Positions 18,677 through 28,418 of a stretch of 42,094 bases of DNA are shown here, one piece after another. The stretch's first letter is position 1; every line of letters starts with the position of its first letter. The position numbers and the translations under genes were made by a program. The notes under the pieces are model-generated. The model saw only the letters and a program-made list of their open reading frames with translations. It made no database searches and was not told the origin of the DNA. Source of the DNA: an uncultured virus (IMG/VR IMGVR_UViG_2648501187_000001) (taxonomy: Duplodnaviria > Heunggongvirae > Uroviricota > Caudoviricetes). The stretch is taken from the IMG/VR virus record IMGVR_UViG_2648501187_000001; one strand, given 5' to 3'.

Positions 18677-19723
18677 ATGAGCAGGAAATCGGATGCTGCT
18701 GAGCGTGGGCGGGAGGCTTACGCGCGGTGGAAGGAGCTTTCGGAGGATGAGAAGAATGAGGATCTTCGTCGGCGTCTTCTCGCTTCCGATCAGAATAATC
18801 CCGTGGTCAGGGATATGTTGAAGGGTGTCGAGAAGGATATCCGGGATCGTTCCCCGGCGAATGGTGGTCCGACTCTGGAGTATGAGAGTCATGGTTTGTT
18901 TGCGCTGACGGTTCCTCATCTGCATGGTCCGCGTCCGGGGCGTCGTGCGTTCGGAATGCGTGGCGTGGTGTTGAAGTCTTTGTGGTTCCTGTTTGTTTTT
19001 GTGGTGTCCGTGGTGGTGCAGGTAGTGTTCATGGATGCGGCGAAGGCGAATGGGTCGGGTGATTGGTGGCCGTTGGCGGCCGTCCCCAACGTCGTGGTAT
19101 TCGCTCTCGTGTTCACGTCGATGGCGCTATCCCCGTTTCTCATGTTGTTGTTCGGCGGTATTTGGCCTCGACTGTGGGGTTTGTCGATTTTGTTCGGTTC
19201 CTTGGCGATGCTTGCGGTTGGTTCGTTTGTGGGTCAGGAGGTTGGTCGTAGGTGGTTGTGGGACCGGTATGTGGCGACGGGCTTGTTGAAGCCGGGGGAT
19301 TTCGTGGATTGGTCGTCTGATCGTCTGCCTGCGCCTTTGGCACAGCCCGCGTCGGGTGGTTGGTGGGTGATTGGCTTGGTGGCCGGTGTACTGCTGGTGT
19401 CGGGTTCCCTGTTCCTGTACCGGGAGGATCGGCATCGTGGGTCGAATATTCTTCCTCGCTATATATCGTATGGTGGCGGCGTGGTTGGCTTGGTCGCGGC
19501 CATCGGCATCGCGTTGACCCGCCATGTGAGCGGTTTCGCGTTGGTGGCTGCCCCGTTCATCGCCTTGTTCGTCGGGTTCCTGTGGTTCCCGTTGGATTTG
19601 GCGGCTGCCTGTTTTTGTGTGGATAATCGTCGTGAGTCGTGTGGCGAGTGGCCGGCCGCGTTCTGGCTCACCGCCGAGGCGTTGTTCGTCATCGGCGTGT
19701 GTACGGCGCTGCCCATGGCGTGA
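18677..19723 (+). CDS. Multi-pass membrane protein, divergent Bax inhibitor-1/YccA-like
   Basis: About 7 TMs; C-terminal PLDL...CVDN...EWPAAFWL resembles the actinobacterial YccA tail. Confidence 0.55.
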   Translation: MSRKSDAAERGREAYARWKELSEDEKNEDLRRRLLASDQNNPVVRDMLKGVEKDIRDRSPANGGPTLEYESHGLFALTVPHLHGPRPGRRAFGMRGVVLKSLWFLFVFVVSVVVQVVFMDAAKANGSGDWWPLAAVPNVVVFALVFTSMALSPFLMLLFGGIWPRLWGLSILFGSLAMLAVGSFVGQEVGRRWLWDRYVATGLLKPGDFVDWSSDRLPAPLAQPASGGWWVIGLVAGVLLVSGSLFLYREDRHRGSNILPRYISYGGGVVGLVAAIGIALTRHVSGFALVAAPFIALFVGFLWFPLDLAAACFCVDNRRESCGEWPAAFWLTAEALFVIGVCTALPMA

Positions 19724-19764
19724 CGGTTGGTTGTGCGCTGGGATGGTAGTGTGAAGGAGGGTGA

Positions 19765-20100
19765 GTGGGGATGTCCATTCGGTTGGATGAGCGACGGTAT
19801 GTCGAGGAGTTGAAGCGGCTGGTTGCGGATTTCCGGATGTGGAAGAATCCGCTGGTTCCGTTGCCGGATGGCTTCGAGGACGATCTGGCGTGGAGGTCCT
19901 ATCGTGTGTTCGGGCAGACGAGTCCCGCCGATATCATCGCTTTGGCCGTCCGCACCCGTGATGAGGATTTGGTTGCCCAGGGCGAGGGATTTATATCTGA
20001 TTCAGTTTCCATGATTGATGATGAGGACGTGTTCGGCTGGCTGTTCCGCATGATTTGGGGCAAGGAGTTGCAGCTTCGCGAGCGTCAGCAATCACGCTGA
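19765..20100 (+). CDS. Small acidic hypothetical protein
   Basis: AAGGAGG RBS, 111 aa. Confidence 0.7.
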   Translation: MGMSIRLDERRYVEELKRLVADFRMWKNPLVPLPDGFEDDLAWRSYRVFGQTSPADIIALAVRTRDEDLVAQGEGFISDSVSMIDDEDVFGWLFRMIWGKELQLRERQQSR

Positions 20101-20128
20101 TTCCATTGTAGTCGATAAAGGTGATGGT

Positions 20129-20650
20129 ATGGATGTTGTTGAGGTTTGGGATCGGTCCATGCGGGCTTGTGGGTGGGTGCCGATTCCGTCTTGGCCGTGG
20201 ACGTTCGATAAGGTCCTGTTGCATGATGCCATCGGCATGCGTGCGCCGAAGATGCCGCGTACTGCGAATACGCAGTGGTTTTACGCCAAGGGGCCTTGGG
20301 TCACGTTCCAGTTGAATGTGATGGACAATCTCAGTTGGTGGACGATGTACTCCGCTTGGTCGTTGCAGACAGTGGTGTTGCCGGTGCGTTCTCGGATGTC
20401 GGGGTATGCGTGGTGCACCACTACGGATTTGAAGGGCAAGCCGAGGCCTCAAACGGTGGGTGGCTTGTCTCCTGAGGTGTTCCGTATCCTGTCGTCGTCT
20501 CCTGCCCGTCTCAATTTGTTGGTGGCGGATGGGCTGGCGTATTTGTGGACGCCGATTAGCGTTCATCGTCTTTTGGAATGGCAATATATGACCCCGGAAC
20601 TGGAGTCGCAGATGCTGCCGGTGGCGCAGGAGTTGTGCCGGTACGTGTGA
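20129..20650 (+). CDS. Trp-rich hypothetical protein
   Basis: AAGGTG RBS, 173 aa. Confidence 0.65.
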   Translation: MDVVEVWDRSMRACGWVPIPSWPWTFDKVLLHDAIGMRAPKMPRTANTQWFYAKGPWVTFQLNVMDNLSWWTMYSAWSLQTVVLPVRSRMSGYAWCTTTDLKGKPRPQTVGGLSPEVFRILSSSPARLNLLVADGLAYLWTPISVHRLLEWQYMTPELESQMLPVAQELCRYV

Positions 20651-21006
20651 TGGCGGGCTGTTCGGCCCGGATCGGGGGATACTGTTCAATGATGTTCCGG
20701 GCACTGGCGCGTGGAACACGGACCCGTTCCCGCCTGATGGCTGGCGCGAGCAGCTGGGCTGGACGCCGCCGGTTTAGTATGCCGCACGCCATCTGTACAG
20801 TCTGTACGGCATCGTTGGGGGCCTCGTCATGTCCGGTCCGGTATCTGGTTTGCCGGGCCTGGGCATCTGCTGCTCGAGCATGGCGGCCATGCTGCTCGCG
20901 CGCATCCCTGATCCTTCCTGGAGCCGCAAGTTGGCGGTGGATTTGTTGAACGCCGATATGGAGTCGTATGCGCGGCACGTTCGCGAGCTAGCCGAGTCGT
21001 GAGCAT

Positions 21007-21222
21007 TTGTTGCAGAAGGGGGCCAATCTGGCTGGCCATGCGCATGATTTCGTACTTGATCAGGTCAAGTACGGGCGGCAGACATCGGGTCCATGGGATG
21101 TGGCGAAAATGTTCATTCCGGGGCTTGCCCAGTTGAATGATGCGGCGGATGCGGTGAACAATGCCGGTGAAGGATTTGTTTATGCGGGTTCCGCGATTCG
21201 TTCCTTTATGGTGGAGAGGTGA
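21007..21222 (+). pseudogene. Orphan C-terminal gene fragment
   Basis: No convincing RBS; overlaps the RBS/start region of the next membrane gene; 20650-21000 looks decayed. Confidence 0.4.
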
Positions 21223-21227
21223 TTGAT

Positions 21228-22157
21228 ATGGTGAGAAGTGGTGGTCGGCCACCGTGGGAGCGTGGAGCCGCTGGTGTGGGCGGTGATGCCGAGGCTGGCG
21301 GTTCTGATGTCGGCGGTGAGAATCGTGTTCTGGCGAATGGCGCGTTGGGCGAGTTCATCGACATGTGCATTCCTGTGGGTGGCAGGCGTGTGTTCACTCG
21401 TTTGGGGGTTGCCTTGTGGACTATCATGTGGTTTGTGCTGTTCCTTGCGCAGGTAGGTTTGCAAGCCCGGTATGCGTTCTTCGAACGTGATTCCGCTAGA
21501 GGTGGTGTGTGGTTCCTGCAGATGGCCGGTATCTCGTTGTCGAGCGATTGGTGGCCTGTGGCGGTCTTTTTCGACGTGGGTGTTGTTCCGGGACTATTGC
21601 TGTGGCTGGCTGCTCATGTTATGCGCAAGCCGTGGATTGCTGTTGCCGGGGACGTTCTGATTGTTCAGTGTGTCGCCGGTGCCGTGGGCGCGGAGATTGG
21701 AAAGACCGTTATGTATGCGATGTATGGTCCCCATGTCGAAAGTTTGATTGACTCCACGACTGGACGTCCGGACAGACTGTATTACGACAGTTCTCCTGCT
21801 GTGGTGGTGCCTGGTTTGGTTGTGGCTGGGGTTGCCGTGGTGGTTGCCGTGGTGCTTGTGGTGTTGCGTGGGGTGGGTGTTTCCCCGCGTGTGCGTGTGG
21901 GTGGCAATGTGGTTGCCGGTTTGGGATTAATGGGCATGTTGTGGGTCGGCCCGGCCGATGCGAATCAGTTGTTCTGGGTGAATTCCGTGATGGCGGTCGG
22001 CATGGTGTTGTTCTGGATTCCCGGTGAGCTTCGTGCGATCCGGCGTTGTGTCTTGGAGGGGCGTGATGCCTCGTGGCAGCCTGTGGCTGCTGGGTTCCTG
22101 GTGCTTGATTTCGTCATGTTGATGCTGCTTGCCTACGCGGCCGCCACGGGTGTGTGA
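21228..22157 (+). CDS. Second BI-1/YccA-like multi-pass membrane protein (paralog of 18677-19723)
   Basis: Shared blocks DWWP(L/V)A, VG(Q/A)E(V/I)G, W(F/I)P..L....CV; GGAGAGG RBS. Confidence 0.55.
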   Translation: MVRSGGRPPWERGAAGVGGDAEAGGSDVGGENRVLANGALGEFIDMCIPVGGRRVFTRLGVALWTIMWFVLFLAQVGLQARYAFFERDSARGGVWFLQMAGISLSSDWWPVAVFFDVGVVPGLLLWLAAHVMRKPWIAVAGDVLIVQCVAGAVGAEIGKTVMYAMYGPHVESLIDSTTGRPDRLYYDSSPAVVVPGLVVAGVAVVVAVVLVVLRGVGVSPRVRVGGNVVAGLGLMGMLWVGPADANQLFWVNSVMAVGMVLFWIPGELRAIRRCVLEGRDASWQPVAAGFLVLDFVMLMLLAYAAATGV

Positions 22158-22357
22158 TGTGGGTGCGGCTGGCCGCTGGCGGCGTGGGCGTCGCCGTGGT
22201 GGCTGGTGGCATCGTGTTGGCGGTGGTGTTGTCGAAGCGTATGCCTATATCCTCTCGATGCCGTGGAGACCGAAGCCGCCGGAAAGGTCTGGGAGAGGAT
22301 GAGAGAACCCGAGCATCCCATACTTTTCCCACAGACCGTGTTTGACCGGCTGTTCGC

Positions 22358-22648
22358 CTAGAACGCGGCGTCGCGTATCCGCCATCCGCCGGCCGTCGGA
22401 TACGCGACATCACGGGTGACGCACGTGACGTCGGCCGGTATCGGACTATGGGGGTCGGCCAGCCATTGTTCCGCATGGCGTCGCAGCCGCGCATGCACTT
22501 CCGTTATGGTCGTGTCGATCGCGGTCACGAACGCGAGACGCCCGTCCCTCACCGTGACCGCGCAAAAACCGTCGGGCGGCGCGCACTCCAGGATTTCACG
22601 CCCGTCGCGGCACAGCATGGATCCGATCGGATCCGCATCATATCGCAT
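22358..22648 (-). CDS. Hypothetical protein (96 aa)
   Basis: ATG 9 nt after GGACGCATA; MRYDADPIGSML... Confidence 0.6.
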   Translation of the reverse strand: MRYDADPIGSMLCRDGREILECAPPDGFCAVTVRDGRLAFVTAIDTTITEVHARLRRHAEQWLADPHSPIPADVTCVTRDVAYPTAGGWRIRDAAF

Positions 22649-22657
22649 GCCTTCCCG

Positions 22658-22678
22658 TATGCGTCCGGGCCCGGCATA
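22658..22678. promoter_or_regulatory. Divergent pair of GCATA boxes
   Basis: tatgc (22658) and gcata (22674), 9 and 10 nt from the divergent ATGs at 22648 and 22689. Confidence 0.6.
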
Positions 22679-22688
22679 GCCGGCCCGC

Positions 22689-25600
22689 ATGATCAGATTC
22701 GAATACGAGTACCCCGTCCATGTGAAGACCCGGGCGGGGGGCAGCGTCGACTTCGATCCGGCGAACAACGGCAGCCACCGGGCTCTACTCGACCGGCAGA
22801 TAGCGAAATGGCAGGCCGGGCATCCGGAGGCCAAGGCCGCCCGCCTCGAGTTCATCGACCGGGACCGGCATGTCGCCGTCCTCGTCGACCGGCAGTCGTC
22901 CAGCGTCGACATGCGCGACGACTCCAGCCTCGAAATCAACCTGAGCGCCGAACATTCGAAACCCAGCAAGGGCGCCGAGGTGCAGGCCGTATACGAGACG
23001 AAATACCCCGGATACCGGCTCACCGTGTTCCACCCGTACGAAGGCAAGGCGCTCCTCGAACGGCTCACGGACGCGCAGGCCACGGCCCGCGCCCAGATCG
23101 CCACCGAACTCGGCCTGCACGACTGGGATCTCAGGGTCACGCCTTTGGAGGACGGCGGATGGAAGGTCCTCCTCGACGAGGGCATCACCTACCAGCCGTC
23201 CAAAATGGACACGCGCATGGAGAAGGCCTGCCTGACCGTCGGCCGGCTCGGCTGGTGGTTTGACGCCGACCCCGACACCGGCGTCATCGAGATCCATCCC
23301 GGCGAGCCGCCCACCTTCCCCAAACTCGTCCCCTTCCCGTTCGACCGGATCGGCGACCCGACCGTCCGCGACAAGACCCCGTTCGGCATCCGACTGGCCC
23401 GCCCCGGCGAGACCGGCGAACCCGCGTTCGTCGACTGGACCCAATCCCTCGGCCTCCTTATAGCCGGATTGTCAGGTGGCGGCAAGGCTCTTCCCTTGGA
23501 TGCGCGTATCCCCGTGCCCGTCTCCGAACGCTTCCCCGCCGGCTGGGCTAGGAACCGGGACCTCAAAGAAGGCGATCCGGTGTACGGGCGCGACGGGCGG
23601 ATCATCCCCATCAAGGACTTCAGCGACGTGGAGGAGCTGCCCATCTACCGTCTGACCCTGTCCGATGGCCAGATTCTGGAATGCGCGGACAACCATCTGT
23701 GGGCCGTATCGGATTCCGTCATGCGCCAGGCCATGTCCGACGAACGAGGCCGGGAGCGACGCGAACAGACCATCCGGCTCGTGAATCGTTTGCGTGACGA
23801 AGCGGCCACGGTCGGGGATGGCGTGAGAGCCAACCGACGCCATATCGCCATCGACCACGGGCTGCCCCCTAATGTGACCCAGAACTGCGCGGAACGGCAT
23901 GATCTGGTCGGGCCGGATGGCCTGTGCGACGAGGCGGAACTGCTGCACGCCATCGCCGACGAACGCGAATCCTACGTCATGCCCGGCGGCGTATGGGCGA
24001 ACACCGTCGAAACGATCCTCACTGCACGCGAGATATCGGAGAATCCGAAACCTCACGGCAAATGCTGGGGTATCCGCCTTGCCAATCCCATCGAGAATTC
24101 GGACGCCAACCTGCCGCTCGGCCCGTATTTCCTCGGCACCTGGCTTGGCGACGGCATCTCCAGTGCCGGGGCCATCTGTCTCAACGATGACGACGAACCG
24201 CATATGCAACCCGACATTCTCTCCAGTCTGGGTGGTTCGATCCGTCGCGGAAAAGTTGAACACGGGGCGCATACCTGGTTCTATGACATGGATGACGGGC
24301 GCATCCTCGTAACCGAACTCAAAAGGCTCGGCCTGTACATGGACAAGCACATCCCCGCCGTCTATCTGCGCGCCTCCAAGAGCCAGCGCCTCGCCCTGCT
24401 CCAGGGGCTCATGGATACGGACGGTTCGGTTTCCAGTCGCGGATCATGCGAACTGTGCTTCACCAATCAGCGGCTTGCCGAAACCGCATTGGAGCTCATC
24501 CGCTCCCTGGGCATCGCCGCCGGCATGCACTCCGGACGGGCGGGCTATACAAAAGACGGCGAACGTGTGGAGGCCGGTATCCGGTATCGGATCCGTTTCA
24601 CCACCTCCAAACCCGTGTTCCGCTTGCCCCGCAAACTGGCACGGCTCAAGACCGACACCCGTTCCACGCAGGATTGGCTGTACATCACGTCCTGCGAGCC
24701 GACGGGGCGCACGGAGCCGGTCCGCTGCCTGAACGTGGCGACCGACGATCACCTGTTCCTCATGGGCGGGTTCGTGCCCACGCATAACAGCGTCACCATC
24801 AATGACGTGACCACGTTGGGCATCGGCACGGGCGCGGAACTGTACGTGATCGACCATTCCACGAAGGCCACCGACTACTACTGGTGCCGGCCGTGGATCG
24901 CGGACCGGGGCTGGGGCGCGGATTCGCTGCTCCAGACCGCCGGACTGTTGAAATGGCTGCTCGACGACATCGAGGACGGCGGCGAGCGCGCCAGGGCGTG
25001 GAAGAGCCACGGCTGGCAGAACTGGTACGACGACCTGTCAGACGAGGACAAGAGACGATACCCGTACCGGCTGATCGTCGTGGACGAGCTGTCCCAGCTG
25101 ACGGTCGGCGCGAAGGATGCGACCAGCCTGCCGAAGAACCCGCTGCCGCCGGTCATGGAGAAGATGTTCGAACAGCAGGTGAAGGCGCTCATCCTGTCCA
25201 CCCTGATCCGCATCCTTCAGATCGGCCGAGCCTATGGCTACCGGGTGGTGGTCGCCACCCAGATCGCGTCGTCGACGACGGGCATGCCGCCCGCGTTGCG
25301 CGGCAACCTGGGCAACAAGGTCATCATGGGCGCGAAGGTCAACGACGCGCAGAAGAACCTGATCTTCAACATCGCGAAGGACGTGCCCGACATTCCGGCG
25401 AACGTGATCGACGAGGGCGTGTCCAAGGGCGCGGGCCTGAGCGAGATGGAGGGGCAGCCGCCCTACGATTTCAAGAGCTCGTTCCCCATGCTTGGGCATC
25501 ATGCGGGCGTGGCGGCGCTCGGCAAGGCTTTGGCCGAACGGATCGGCCTGCCCGACGGGATCGGCATGGACGAATACCTCGACTCCCTGGACAAGGACAC

Positions 25601-25880
25601 GCCTTCGAACCCGGAGTTCGAACAACGGGTCATGGAACGCATCCGGTTCCCCGAGGCGGAATCGTATCTGCGTTTCCCGTTCCTGCAGGCCATCAAGGAC
25701 AAGTGGGATGAAAGCCTCGACGAATACGGGGGCGGCCCGGCCGATGCCGGATCCGGGGGGAACGGGGATGACGGCACCGCACCCGCCGGCCGACCGGTCG
25801 CACCGGCCGCCTCCGGCCCGGAACCGTCCGGCCCGCTCATGGACGCGGCCGAACTGGCGCGCATCATGCGCCGGGGCTGA
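22689..25880 (+). CDS. FtsK/SpoIIIE (TcpA-like) DNA translocase or coupling ATPase, intein-containing
   Basis: Walker A GLSGGGK|S split by the intein; Walker B LIVVDE; GRAYG..VVVATQ; 629 aa after splicing. Confidence 0.85.
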   Translation: MIRFEYEYPVHVKTRAGGSVDFDPANNGSHRALLDRQIAKWQAGHPEAKAARLEFIDRDRHVAVLVDRQSSSVDMRDDSSLEINLSAEHSKPSKGAEVQAVYETKYPGYRLTVFHPYEGKALLERLTDAQATARAQIATELGLHDWDLRVTPLEDGGWKVLLDEGITYQPSKMDTRMEKACLTVGRLGWWFDADPDTGVIEIHPGEPPTFPKLVPFPFDRIGDPTVRDKTPFGIRLARPGETGEPAFVDWTQSLGLLIAGLSGGGKALPLDARIPVPVSERFPAGWARNRDLKEGDPVYGRDGRIIPIKDFSDVEELPIYRLTLSDGQILECADNHLWAVSDSVMRQAMSDERGRERREQTIRLVNRLRDEAATVGDGVRANRRHIAIDHGLPPNVTQNCAERHDLVGPDGLCDEAELLHAIADERESYVMPGGVWANTVETILTAREISENPKPHGKCWGIRLANPIENSDANLPLGPYFLGTWLGDGISSAGAICLNDDDEPHMQPDILSSLGGSIRRGKVEHGAHTWFYDMDDGRILVTELKRLGLYMDKHIPAVYLRASKSQRLALLQGLMDTDGSVSSRGSCELCFTNQRLAETALELIRSLGIAAGMHSGRAGYTKDGERVEAGIRYRIRFTTSKPVFRLPRKLARLKTDTRSTQDWLYITSCEPTGRTEPVRCLNVATDDHLFLMGGFVPTHNSVTINDVTTLGIGTGAELYVIDHSTKATDYYWCRPWIADRGWGADSLLQTAGLLKWLLDDIEDGGERARAWKSHGWQNWYDDLSDEDKRRYPYRLIVVDELSQLTVGAKDATSLPKNPLPPVMEKMFEQQVKALILSTLIRILQIGRAYGYRVVVATQIASSTTGMPPALRGNLGNKVIMGAKVNDAQKNLIFNIAKDVPDIPANVIDEGVSKGAGLSEMEGQPPYDFKSSFPMLGHHAGVAALGKALAERIGLPDGIGMDEYLDSLDKDTPSNPEFEQRVMERIRFPEAESYLRFPFLQAIKDKWDESLDEYGGGPADAGSGGNGDDGTAPAGRPVAPAASGPEPSGPLMDAAELARIMRRG
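23487..24788 (+). mobile_element. Ala-1 (class-3-type) intein with LAGLIDADG homing endonuclease, 434 aa
   Basis: Begins ALPLDARIP, block B NHLW, LAGLIDADG motifs LGTWLGDG and LQGLMDTDG, block F VRCLNV, ends PTHN|S. Confidence 0.9.
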
Positions 25881-25959
25881 TCCGGATCCCGGTCTCCGGG
25901 CCCATCCTGTTCCAATCGGCCAGCCAAACGACGATCCGATCATCATCATGCATGTACCA

Positions 25960-26092
25960 GGCCGGGCGTGGAGACACGGAGCCGGACATCCACGACAAGA
26001 ATCCTGCCGAGGATGCGGCCGTTCAGAAGCGCAAACCGACCGTATCGCACTGATACGGGACTCCCATGCCTTCAGGCATGGGAGGACGTCAA
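25960..26092 (+). mobile_element. Orphan IS200/IS605 right end / omegaRNA-like remnant
   Basis: GACT+cccatgcc-ttca-ggcatggg...TCAA with an upstream cgtatc/gatacg hairpin; same layout as the right end at 6395-6427; left limit approximate. Confidence 0.7.
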
Positions 26093-26140
26093 CGTATCGG
26101 CTTCCGATGCTAGCGCATGCGCCTTGTCCCCGGCCGGTGG

Positions 26141-27175
26141 TCATCCATGCGCCGGATAAGCGTCCCGTGGCGTCCCGTCGTCGGCGATGCTCGCCCAATG
26201 GTATCCGTAGGCGACGTGATCCGGGTCGCCCGCCACATGCCCGATGTTGGTGGCCGACCCGGCGGGCAGTCCCAATGCGACTGCGGCGGCGCGCAACGAC
26301 GGGTATATGGTTCCCGTCTCCACGCAGCGGATGGCGTGCCGGTTGCCTTTCGGCGCGGATCCCGCCCTCAGCCGGGCCAGGAGCGCCGGATCAGCCGAGG
26401 CCAGCCGGGCCAGCCATTCCGGGCTCGCCCAATGGAAGCCGCCGGCGCGGCGATCCGGATTGTCTCGCACATGGTTGATCAGGTCGCGCATGCCGGGCGT
26501 GTTCCTTGTCCGGCCCGTCAGGGCCAGGGTTTCGGCGGCGCGCATCGCGTCCCCGTATTCGACGCCCGTCTCCACGCATACGACCGGGCCGCGTAGCATG
26601 GTCTCGCGCATCGTCCTGCGCCAGGCGGCGAGCAGGCCGGGATGCCGGCGGCGTATCCGCCCGTACGTGACGCCGTCGACCCAGTGGACGCCCCCGTTCC
26701 GCCTGTCCAGCCGGTTGCGCTTCTGCAACCGGGATACGGGCATGCCATGCGCTTCGGCGGCCAGCGTCATCGTGTCGTACGCCTCCCCCGTTTCGGCGCA
26801 CACCCACAGTCCCCTGAGCCGCTCCCCCTCCATAAGCCCCTGCAGCCGGCGGCGGCCTTGTTCGTCCAGCGCATCCCAGCGTCCGGCGGAAATCCAGTGC
26901 GCGCCGCCGGCGCTGCGACGCCATGGCTGCGCGCTTCGGGCCGCCACGCTGATCCTGCCCACGGACCCCCCGGTCTCATCATGGGCGGCCTTCAGCGTGT
27001 CGAACCGTCTGCCGTCCTCGATGCGCACCACGCCGGACAACCGTCGCGGCTCGAACTCGAATCCCGCGGCCTCCAGACGACGGGTCTGCCCCGCGTCGAG
27101 CCGGCCATGCCGCCACGCGTCGCGGATCCGCGCCGCGTACGCCTGGTATCGTCTGGCTTCAGCGCTTGTCGCCAC
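26141..27175 (-). CDS. Helicase-associated (HA) domain plus four NUMOD1-like DNA-binding repeats
   Basis: GRLDAGQTRRLEAAGF; repeats VVRIEDG / WVCAETG / VVCVETG / IRCVETG, each ending G.HW. Confidence 0.65.
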   Translation of the reverse strand: MATSAEARRYQAYAARIRDAWRHGRLDAGQTRRLEAAGFEFEPRRLSGVVRIEDGRRFDTLKAAHDETGGSVGRISVAARSAQPWRRSAGGAHWISAGRWDALDEQGRRRLQGLMEGERLRGLWVCAETGEAYDTMTLAAEAHGMPVSRLQKRNRLDRRNGGVHWVDGVTYGRIRRRHPGLLAAWRRTMRETMLRGPVVCVETGVEYGDAMRAAETLALTGRTRNTPGMRDLINHVRDNPDRRAGGFHWASPEWLARLASADPALLARLRAGSAPKGNRHAIRCVETGTIYPSLRAAAVALGLPAGSATNIGHVAGDPDHVAYGYHWASIADDGTPRDAYPAHG

Positions 27176-28418
27176 GGCGTTCCCCCAATCGTCGGATCAC
27201 GTATTCGATCTTCCCGTCCATGCTCATGCCCAGCATGTCCTCCAGACGGGAGGCGAGGATGCGGATGTCGGCCGTCTCGTCCACGATCCGCATGCCCGCC
27301 AGCGGGTTTCCGGCATCCATATCCGCGCCGCCGGCCGCATCCGCGGGGGTTCCATGGGCGAGCAGCCATCCCAGCCCCGAATAATTGTCCGATATGTCGA
27401 ACACGAGGGGCGTCCGGTTGCCCGTCGCGTCCAAGACGCGCCCCAACTGCTGGAGGTACACGTGCGGGCTTGTGGTGGCGCGCAGCATGACGATCGCGTC
27501 CACGCCGTCCAGATGCACGCCCTCGTTGAGCATGTCCACGCAGTACAGGATCTTCCGCCCCGGCGCCGAATCCGCCTCGAACGCGCGGATCGCGCCGTCG
27601 GGCCGCCCGTACCGGCTATGGATCGCGTAATCCCTCACATCCGGGCCGAACCATTCGCGGGCATGGGCGCGCGCCCCCTCCAGCCGGGTCAGGTCGGTGC
27701 AGAACACGATGACGTGCGCGTCCGGCGGCAGGCGGCGGGCGAACATGGCGTCGACGCCTGCCATGCCCGTCACGGCGCGGCGCAGCCGTTCGAACAGGCG
27801 GCGCGCGTCCGGCGTCCCGCACCGTTCCACGCGGGGGCGGACGCGTCCGATGAGCGCATCCCCCTCGTATCCGGCGATGACGTATTCGGGGACGGGCAGT
27901 ATCCGTCGCGCCCATGCCTCGCTCAATGTCATGCGGGAGGCGACCCGCCCGTCGAACAGCTCGTCGGTCATGTCCCTGGCCCCGTCCCCGTACCGTCTGG
28001 GCGTGGCCGACAGTCCGACGATCCTCGCCCCGGGGTTCGCGTCCAGGAGACGGCGCACCCCCGCGCCCCAATGGCGGGCCCCGCAATGATGGTATTCGTC
28101 GAGGATGATCAGGTCCGCATGCGGCATGGGGTTCCCGCGGCGCGTGCCGATCATCAGCTTCGCGTAGGTGAGGACCGTCACCCGGTCGGCCCGGAAGCCC
28201 GGGATGTCCCGTTCCAGGCATGGCAGCCGGCCGTCGGTGATGGTCCTTGACGGAGTGCACCAGATGACGTCCCATGACGGGCGGGCGGCGATGAGCGCGG
28301 CGGCGACGTAGGATTTGCCGGTCCCGGTCGGCTGGATGACGGCCGCCCTGTCCGTCATGTCGAGCATGGCCTCCAGTCCGCGCAATGCGGTCCGATTATG
28401 CGGGAGCAGTCCGTTCAT
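27159..28418 (-). CDS. SF2 DEAD/DEAH (ResIII-like) helicase
   Basis: PTGTGKS, LDEYHH, SATP, EGVHL, QQLGR. Confidence 0.9.
   Translation of the reverse strand: MNGLLPHNRTALRGLEAMLDMTDRAAVIQPTGTGKSYVAAALIAARPSWDVIWCTPSRTITDGRLPCLERDIPGFRADRVTVLTYAKLMIGTRRGNPMPHADLIILDEYHHCGARHWGAGVRRLLDANPGARIVGLSATPRRYGDGARDMTDELFDGRVASRMTLSEAWARRILPVPEYVIAGYEGDALIGRVRPRVERCGTPDARRLFERLRRAVTGMAGVDAMFARRLPPDAHVIVFCTDLTRLEGARAHAREWFGPDVRDYAIHSRYGRPDGAIRAFEADSAPGRKILYCVDMLNEGVHLDGVDAIVMLRATTSPHVYLQQLGRVLDATGNRTPLVFDISDNYSGLGWLLAHGTPADAAGGADMDAGNPLAGMRIVDETADIRILASRLEDMLGMSMDGKIEYVIRRLGERRGDKR

Noticed and set aside
22154..22345. 63-aa ORF with one TM
   Set aside because: No RBS; probably a decayed fragment at the island edge
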